DNA of 64,000 nucleotides from Pseudomarimonas arenosa (GTDB lineage Bacteria; Pseudomonadota; Gammaproteobacteria; Xanthomonadales; Xanthomonadaceae): NCBI RefSeq assembly GCF_014841215.1, contig NZ_JACYTR010000019.1, positions 14,177 to 78,176 of the forward strand, read 5' to 3'. Under the pieces are notes generated by a model that was given only the letters and a program-made list of their open reading frames with translations, did not search any database and was not told the origin of the DNA. Made by a program: the position numbers and the translations under genes. Positions within the stretch are counted from its first letter, which is position 1, and every line of letters begins with the position of its first letter. Shown here piece after piece: positions 57,967-64,000 of the stretch.

Positions 57967-60160
57967 CGCGGCCGCCGATCTGGAATTTCAGCACCTCTTC
58001 CCAGCGCGCGAACAGGTCGGCGTAATCGATCAGGCGCTGATCCTGATAATCGTCGATCACATACTCGCCATCGCGTACCTTGCTCATCCAGTTGTCGCCG
58101 CGACTGCCGTTTTCGGCCGGTTCCAGGTTGATGTAGTCGGGCCGGCTCGAAGCCCAGTAGTAGCAGACGCATTCGCGAAAGTCGTTCTGCCACGGCGAGC
58201 ACAGGCCGCGGGTCAATTCGCCGGGTTCGGCGATCGCATCGCTGATCAAGCCCGAGTCGGGTTCGAAAAAGTTCCGAACTTCGAGTTCCACCGTAATGGT
58301 TTTCTGATGGGTCGGCTTCAGCTCGTGCGGCGCCACCTCGGCGCTAAATTTGCACGGCACCTTCTGCCCGGCCTTTTGCAGGATCAGGGCAAAGGTGTTC
58401 GACCATTCCATGGTGAAGGGCGAGTAGGCCTCATCGCCGGTGCCATCGGCCGAGGGGCCATGGGCCATTGCCACCGTTGGATGGCCATCGACCTCCAGCA
58501 GTCGATGATGTAGCAGCTGCTCCAGGCCCGGGTCGGCCTGCACCACGTAGTTGTTGTGCTCGACCAGGGTGATGCCGCACAGCACCCGACGCCAGGCGCT
58601 GCGGAAATCGAGTTCCAGGCCGGGGCAGCAATTGCCCACCGAGGAGCTGACCACGCTGACGAAAGAGTTGAACTCGCCCTGATACAGCAATTGCGCACTG
58701 CGATTGCGCGGACTTAGCGCGGCGGCTTTGGGTGCTGCGTCGTCATCGAACAGGGTCCACTCGCCGGCGCGTTGCAGGGTGTTCAGTTGGCGCCGGGTCA
58801 GGGCCAGGTAATTGGTATCGGCGCCCGACATCAGGGCCGGCATCTTGCGTCGGCCCTGATCGCTGAGGTCACCGGTGGCATCGGGCGAGCGCATCAGGCG
58901 CGAGAACCAGGCCGGCGTGCCGCTCTGCATGGTCGCCATCAGCTGCTGGTGCAAAGCCAGAATCGCATAGGTATCGACCGCATGCGGCGCCATCACCGGT
59001 GCCAACGGACGCGGATAATCGGAGGAATCATCGGCCGGCATGGTGTCGGCGCGATTCGGTCGGCCGCGGGTGGTGTCGCCATTGAGCACCGCGATGTTCA
59101 TGAACTGCACGGTCTGGAATGCGCCCCGCACGATCGACTCGGCCTCGGCCAGCGGAATCCGCGCGCCCTGCGGGTGTTCCGGGCCTTCCAGTGCCTGCAG
59201 CAGATCGTCGGCCAGGCGACGTACGAACTGCGCATCAGGGGCAAAGATCGGCGGCGCTGAACAGACCCTGCCGCGGGCGCTGTGCACCACACAGTCGTTC
59301 TTATCGACCAGTTCCACCTCGACGTAGCCGTCGCAGATATCATCGAACATGCCGCGGCTGGGTTGCGGGTCGTCGGTGAAATTGAAGAACGGCGCCTTGC
59401 CATAGGCGGCGTACAGGCCCTGCGACAAGGTGTTCAGGGTTTCATCGTCATCGCGGTAGCCATGCCAGCTGCCCTTCTGGCTGTCGTAGAACACCCGCTC
59501 TGGCGGCACTTCGTAGCGCGCGGTGTGCCAGACCGGCGGGATCTTCAGTTCGCGCCGTTGCTCCTCGGTCAGCGGCGTACTGCCGTACACCGCGCCATTG
59601 CTGGGCCAGAAGCGCAGGCGCAGCTGCGGGTGCTCGGCATTCGGTTCGATCAGCTGCAGGGCGCCAAACGGCAGTCGGTACTGTTCGCCCTGGAGGAAAT
59701 TGGCGCATTCGCCGAGCAGGGCCTGTGGCGCATGATCATCGCCCGCGGCGCTCACTTCGGCCCGGATCTTGTCGTTTGGATCATTGGTGCGGCGGAACAG
59801 TTTGTTATTGCCGACCACGGCCCGCCAGCGCAGGCTAAGGCCGGCGGCTTTGAGGTCGGCCTCGGTCAGTGGGCGCAACTGCTGATCGTCGCCGACCCGC
59901 GCATACAGCTCGATAAATGGCGCCACCGGTCGAATCTTGCCGTCCTGCTTGAACGCGATCGGCTGCTCGTTCGGCGCCAGTTCGCCAATGATCTTGCCGC
60001 TGGCGCGATCGGTAAGCAGGGTGCGATCACGGCACAGTCGCGGCAGTTCCAGCGGCTTGTCCGGATCGGGTATCAGGCGGAAGTTGTCCAGCGGCGATTC
60101 CGCCGAACCAACCCGGGCGATGGTCAGTGGTGGCAACAGGCGCAGATCGTCGATCTTCAT
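57950..60160 (-). CDS. Large (about 736 aa) protein of unknown function, operonic with ferritin-like and rSAM/SPASM genes
   Basis: Start MKIDDLRLL at 60160, preceded by AGGAG, overlaps the upstream gene's stop (ATGA). No motif I can assign. Several conserved-looking Cys/Trp clusters (GNCCPGLELDF; CSPWQNDFRECVCYYWASS). Confidence 0.6.
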   Translation of the reverse strand: MKIDDLRLLPPLTIARVGSAESPLDNFRLIPDPDKPLELPRLCRDRTLLTDRASGKIIGELAPNEQPIAFKQDGKIRPVAPFIELYARVGDDQQLRPLTEADLKAAGLSLRWRAVVGNNKLFRRTNDPNDKIRAEVSAAGDDHAPQALLGECANFLQGEQYRLPFGALQLIEPNAEHPQLRLRFWPSNGAVYGSTPLTEEQRRELKIPPVWHTARYEVPPERVFYDSQKGSWHGYRDDDETLNTLSQGLYAAYGKAPFFNFTDDPQPSRGMFDDICDGYVEVELVDKNDCVVHSARGRVCSAPPIFAPDAQFVRRLADDLLQALEGPEHPQGARIPLAEAESIVRGAFQTVQFMNIAVLNGDTTRGRPNRADTMPADDSSDYPRPLAPVMAPHAVDTYAILALHQQLMATMQSGTPAWFSRLMRSPDATGDLSDQGRRKMPALMSGADTNYLALTRRQLNTLQRAGEWTLFDDDAAPKAAALSPRNRSAQLLYQGEFNSFVSVVSSSVGNCCPGLELDFRSAWRRVLCGITLVEHNNYVVQADPGLEQLLHHRLLEVDGHPTVAMAHGPSADGTGDEAYSPFTMEWSNTFALILQKAGQKVPCKFSAEVAPHELKPTHQKTITVELEVRNFFEPDSGLISDAIAEPGELTRGLCSPWQNDFRECVCYYWASSRPDYINLEPAENGSRGDNWMSKVRDGEYVIDDYQDQRLIDYADLFARWEEVLKFQIGGRDAPEP

Positions 60161-61614
60161 GCCAGGGCTCCTGCGGCAAGGACGGCGTTGGCATTGCGTT
60201 GAAAGGCCAGCAAGGCATCGCGCCAGCGCTGATCGGCATCGATCATGGCGGCGAAATAGTCGCGCTCCTCGCCTTCGGCGCTGGCCTTCAGCTCGGCGGA
60301 AAGCAGCAGGGCGGTATCGACCAGTTCCAGCTGCACCGTCCAATCGGCGGCGGCATCCAGGGCCAGGGCCTGAGTGTAAGGCAGCTGGAAAGGTGGCCCG
60401 GCCATCAGTGCATCGGGGCGTTCAGTCATCGGGGCGTGCATCAGCCGATTGGCCAGGCCTTTCAGCGCGTACATCTCGACAAAGCTGTGCTGCAGCAGGC
60501 TGGCCATGGCGCCCGGCGTTTGGTGTTGCTGCGGGTTGCGGGCCAAACGGAAATACTGCGCCAGACAAAACAGCAGGATGCGGTAACGCAGATCGCTGAG
60601 TGCGGCCAGCTTGCGTGTGCGCGGGTGACGAATGCGGCTGCCGTTGCCGTCCTCTGTGTCGCGCAAGGTGCTGGGGTTGCTGGCGATATTGCGATACGGC
60701 ACAGGCGCCTCGTTAGGGAAGCGCTTCTTGTAGTCGCGATAGATGCCGAGAAAGCGCTGGAAGTGCGAGCGCTCATCCGGATCGTGCGGCGCCTCGCCCT
60801 GTTCGGCGACCCGCTGCAGCGCCGCCACGGCTTGATCGCGGGTGGCGCAGGGCTCGATCAACATATCCACCCGTTGCGGCGGGGTGCGCGGGTCGCGCGG
60901 TGGCGGATCGGTATCCCAGCCGACCTGGCCCTCACCGGTCGGTCGGCCATGATTGCGCGCCCAGCCGGCAAAGTCGGCCTGAATAAAGAAGCGGTATTCG
61001 TCGAATACGCTATCCGGCACGCAGTGCCGATCGCTGAGCACCTTGATCAGCCGCTTGTACAGCTTGCCGACGTGGTGGAATTCGTCCTGATTGACCTGCA
61101 GGTACTTCACCGGCGCGCCGATCAGGCGGGCAATTTCCTCGGCCTCCGGCCCGCGCCAGTCCGGCGGCGCCTCGGCATAGACAAACCGTGCCAGCGCCTT
61201 CAGGGTCAGCGGCTCGAGAGTGAAAGGAAACGGATAAAAAGCGCTGTCCCAGGGCAGGTCGCGACGATCCCAGGTGGTGCTGCCGCCAATCAGAGTAATG
61301 ACGTTCTGCACCGTCATCAGATGGCCCATTTCTTCCTTGGCGATACTGAGAATGGTGTCTTGCCAGGCCCGTACCGCTTCGCGGTCGGCCTCTGGCACCT
61401 GCGAGCCACCCAGCGACCAGGCGGCGTACAGGTACTGCACCATCAGCGCGTGCTCGATCTCGGCGCCCATGTGAGCGAGCAAGGCGGCGTAATCGCGCCA
61501 GCCGATCTCATCCGGCTTGCCGCGTGGATGGCGGTGATCGTCCTGCTCCAGGCTGGCCAGCAAGGGCAGCTCCAAACGACGGTGACGCGGTGACCCAGTA
61601 TCAGCACTCGACAT
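60157..61614 (-). CDS. Ferritin-like (diiron-carboxylate fold) domain protein
   Basis: Two ExxH motifs spaced as in ferritin-like four-helix bundles (AEIEHALMVQYLYAAW ... KEEMGHLMTVQNV). Start at 61614 (MSSADTG), alternative 61764. Stop overlaps the next gene's ATG. Confidence 0.55.
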   Translation of the reverse strand: MSSADTGSPRHRRLELPLLASLEQDDHRHPRGKPDEIGWRDYAALLAHMGAEIEHALMVQYLYAAWSLGGSQVPEADREAVRAWQDTILSIAKEEMGHLMTVQNVITLIGGSTTWDRRDLPWDSAFYPFPFTLEPLTLKALARFVYAEAPPDWRGPEAEEIARLIGAPVKYLQVNQDEFHHVGKLYKRLIKVLSDRHCVPDSVFDEYRFFIQADFAGWARNHGRPTGEGQVGWDTDPPPRDPRTPPQRVDMLIEPCATRDQAVAALQRVAEQGEAPHDPDERSHFQRFLGIYRDYKKRFPNEAPVPYRNIASNPSTLRDTEDGNGSRIRHPRTRKLAALSDLRYRILLFCLAQYFRLARNPQQHQTPGAMASLLQHSFVEMYALKGLANRLMHAPMTERPDALMAGPPFQLPYTQALALDAAADWTVQLELVDTALLLSAELKASAEGEERDYFAAMIDADQRWRDALLAFQRNANAVLAAGALA

Positions 61615-62042
61615 GTCGCCCCCCAGCGCATGGCCTGAACTCAAGGTTTCCCCGGCATCGATCGCCCGAGGATGGAAACGCGTGAGGGGAGTGTGCCAGA
61701 AGCGGAATCGTTTCGCCGGGTCGGCCGTAGTGAACAACGGCACAGTGCAGCGTTTGATTGACATGCGAGTCGAATGGGTCAGGTGGGCACGGTCCCTGTC
61801 GGATGCGCCTCAATGCGTAGCACAATGCTGAAGTACTCATTTCAGCAGCCTGTTGTTGCGCGGCGCACTCGGAATTCACCCACGCACGTCATTGATGTCC
61901 GGCACCTTTGGACGAGTATTCTGGGATTGTTGAGCGGTTGCGCTGAAAACCATCCAGGGTGGAGGTATTTCGACAGCCTGTTAAACCTTTTCCCACCCAA
62001 CGGCATCCAACCAACACCATTGACCCTAGAGGGAGCTTGCTC

Positions 62043-62873
62043 ATGCGCATCGAATTGCCCTTCACTGCCTGTCTGCTGCTGGCCTCCGGCTCGGCATTCG
62101 CCTGGGGCGACTGCGATCACCGCGCCGAGCGCGCGCTCGATATCGCACCCGGCCAGGCCGTCACCCTGGCCCTGGCTGTTGGTGCCGGTGACCTGGAGGT
62201 GCGCGGCGACCCCAAGGCCAGCCAGATTCAACTGCGCGGCCGCGCCTGTGCCAGCAGCCAGGCATTGCTCGATCAGATTCAGTTTCTTGGGCAAACCAGC
62301 GGCGACCGGGTCGAGGCACAAACCCAGATCCCCAAGCTGGAGGGCGGCTGGGGCTCGGACACTGCCTACATCGATGTCACCGTGGTGATGCCCGCTCACC
62401 TGATACTCGATTTGCGCGATTCCTCAGGTGATATCGACATCCATGCCGTGGCCGCGGTCAAGGTGAAGGACAGCTCAGGCGATATCCGTATTCGTGAGAT
62501 TGGCGGCTCGGTGGAAGTCGCGGACAGCTCTGGCGATATCGAGATTCGCACCGTCGCCGGCAATGTCGAGGTAACCAATGACAGCTCCGGTGACATCGAG
62601 ATCGATGACGTGCAGGGTAATGCTCTGGTGCGGGTCGACAGCTCGGGCGATATCGAACTAAGCGGCATCCGCAAGAACGCCGAAGTCGGCCGCGACAGCT
62701 CCGGCGGCATCGTGTTCAAGGATATCGGCGGCAATGCTACCGTCGGCAGCGACAGCAGTGGCGGCATTCGGGCCAGCAAGGTGCGGGGCGACTTTATCGT
62801 CGATGCGGATACCAATGGCGATATCAGCCATAGCGATATTGGCGGCCGGGTTGACGTGCCGATGCGGCGCTGA
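62043..62873 (+). CDS. Secreted DUF4097-like beta-strand repeat (putative adhesin-like) protein
   Basis: Signal peptide MRIELPFTACLLLASGSAFA. About 8 tandem 20-aa repeats with core DSSGDI(E/R/D)I. Confidence 0.6.
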   Translation: MRIELPFTACLLLASGSAFAWGDCDHRAERALDIAPGQAVTLALAVGAGDLEVRGDPKASQIQLRGRACASSQALLDQIQFLGQTSGDRVEAQTQIPKLEGGWGSDTAYIDVTVVMPAHLILDLRDSSGDIDIHAVAAVKVKDSSGDIRIREIGGSVEVADSSGDIEIRTVAGNVEVTNDSSGDIEIDDVQGNALVRVDSSGDIELSGIRKNAEVGRDSSGGIVFKDIGGNATVGSDSSGGIRASKVRGDFIVDADTNGDISHSDIGGRVDVPMRR

Positions 62874-63217
62874 ACAGAAAGGTCCACCTTGGCGCTGGCA
62901 TTTCGGTGTGTAGCCGCGCGCGTGGCTTTGCCCGATCCTCACCCCCGCCCCGCACTCCGGCCATCGCGCATGCCTGCGCGATGGCGGTTGGCGACTTCGT
63001 CGCTACGACGGGCTGACGCCCGAACGGCGGCTCGCAGCGATGCTGCTCGAAGCCCGCCTCACCCCTTGGGGAGAGATCGATGTGCGCCGACTTTCGCCGC
63101 ACCGGTTGATGCCCCGGAACTCCCTCCCCGATGTTCGGGGAGGGCTGGGCAGGGGTGTAAAGCGCTGGCTCGGCGAATCAATGAGTTAAAGCATCGATTC
63201 ATGGAAAGAGAGACGTC

Positions 63218-63763
63218 TCACTTCACCCTGTCCCCGGTGCTTGCACGCCTGGCGGCCGGGGTGCGGTGAGGGTCCTCGAGCTTCAATTCACGTAACAGCC
63301 CCTCAATCCACTCATCCTTGGCCTGCTGATACGCCTGCCGCTGATGGGCGAATTGATCCGCCAAGACCCGCTTGGTCTCGGCATAGCTCGCCGCCAGCGC
63401 CGGATCTGCACGCAGTAGATCGCGAAAGCTGATCAGCAGCCGCCACTGTTCAGAGTCGAGTTCCAGCATATGCAGATGATGGGTGCGCGGCTCGCCCTTG
63501 ACGAAATAGTGGCGTCGCGCAACACCGTATTCGCCGCGATAGTGATAGCCGATGAGCTGCAGCGGCTCGATGCAGGCGGTCGCGCTTTCGAAGTTGTCCA
63601 CGCCAACCACAATATCCAGGATCGGTTTGGCCGGCACGCCGGGGATGGCAGTGCTGCCGACATGTTCAATGCTCAATGCAAGGTTCCCGAGCACGGTGAG
63701 CATCCGTCCTCGTTCCTGTTCAAACACATTCGCCCACTCGGTATGCCAGCCGCTCAGCGTCAC
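63218..63763 (-). CDS. GrpB-family protein (nucleotidyltransferase-fold; dephospho-CoA kinase-associated)
   Basis: 181 aa with GrpB hallmark motifs (IEHVGSTAIPG ... KPILDI). Confidence 0.7.
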   Translation of the reverse strand: MTLSGWHTEWANVFEQERGRMLTVLGNLALSIEHVGSTAIPGVPAKPILDIVVGVDNFESATACIEPLQLIGYHYRGEYGVARRHYFVKGEPRTHHLHMLELDSEQWRLLISFRDLLRADPALAASYAETKRVLADQFAHQRQAYQQAKDEWIEGLLRELKLEDPHRTPAARRASTGDRVK

Positions 63764-64000
63764 CTCGCCCCCCGCTTGACCAAGCCTGGCTAGCAGCCTG
63801 TCGGACTTCGTCCCGCGAAACGCGATTTCGGTCGATCTTACCCAACGATCGATGGCGTCAGGTGGTTCTTCGATTCCGCAATCGGTCGGCCCTTCGCCGA
63901 ATCGCTGAACGTGCTGCGAGTCAAGACGTTTTGAGCCCGCTCGGCAGACGTGGTGGGCTGCCTCGGCGGATCAGAGCGCCTGCTGCAGTCGGTGTAGCCG

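Noticed and set aside
57950-60160. Assignment of the 736-aa protein as a LodA/GoxA-type CTQ quinoprotein, a sulfatase or a peroxidase
   Set aside because: No sulfatase CxPxR or peroxidase haem motifs. The LodA idea rests only on size, Cys/Trp content and a distant FAD-oxidoreductase gene. Kept as a hypothesis in the findings, not as a call.

Overview
GC-rich (about 65%) proteobacterial DNA, likely a gamma-proteobacterium (Pseudomonas- or Xanthomonas-like). Two regions. (1) Positions 1 to about 12.8 kb are the distal end of an integrative/conjugative or plasmid-derived element. It carries a 5'-truncated TraA/MobA-type relaxase-helicase, two small ORFs, a ParA/RHH partition pair, and a tightly coupled defence cargo. 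The cargo is a Type I R-M system in unusual R-S-M order, a GHKL (MORC/HATPase_c-like) ATPase with a C-terminal PD-(D/E)xK-like region start-coupled to hsdM, and a DarT/DarG ssDNA ADP-ribosyltransferase toxin with its macrodomain antitoxin. The element ends at a 45-nt tRNA 3' fragment with a CAU anticodon (att repeat), next to an intact tRNA-Met. (2) From 13.2 kb onward is chromosome. It contains uvrD; an LPS core cluster (waaA, lpxL-like, waaL-like, GT4); and a putative phosphate-starvation lipid-remodelling locus (Pho-box-like repeats, btaA/btaB-like, PlcP/LpxH-like phosphoesterase, PstS-OmpA fusion). Next come lipoyl-domain E3 and single-lipoyl E2 genes separated by GNAT-nitrilase and mscS; a Trp-halogenase-like gene with an AraC/GlxA regulator; and a yqiJ/yqiK (NfeD-like/flotillin) pair followed by a 1.7-kaa protein with a MoxR-like AAA+ module and a GGDEF cyclase. 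The last stretch holds a secreted Pcm paired with a polytopic spermidine-synthase-like protein; a 5.5-copy, about 103-bp hairpin-rich tandem repeat array; and a minus-strand operon of ferritin-like diiron protein, about 736-aa unknown protein and radical-SAM/SPASM enzyme. Most novelty-worthy: the RM-embedded GHKL-nuclease gene, the flotillin-linked giant ATPase, and the ferritin-like/unknown/rSAM operon with its repeat array. All calls are from motif-level reading of the supplied ORF translations and manual inspection of the DNA; no database search was possible.
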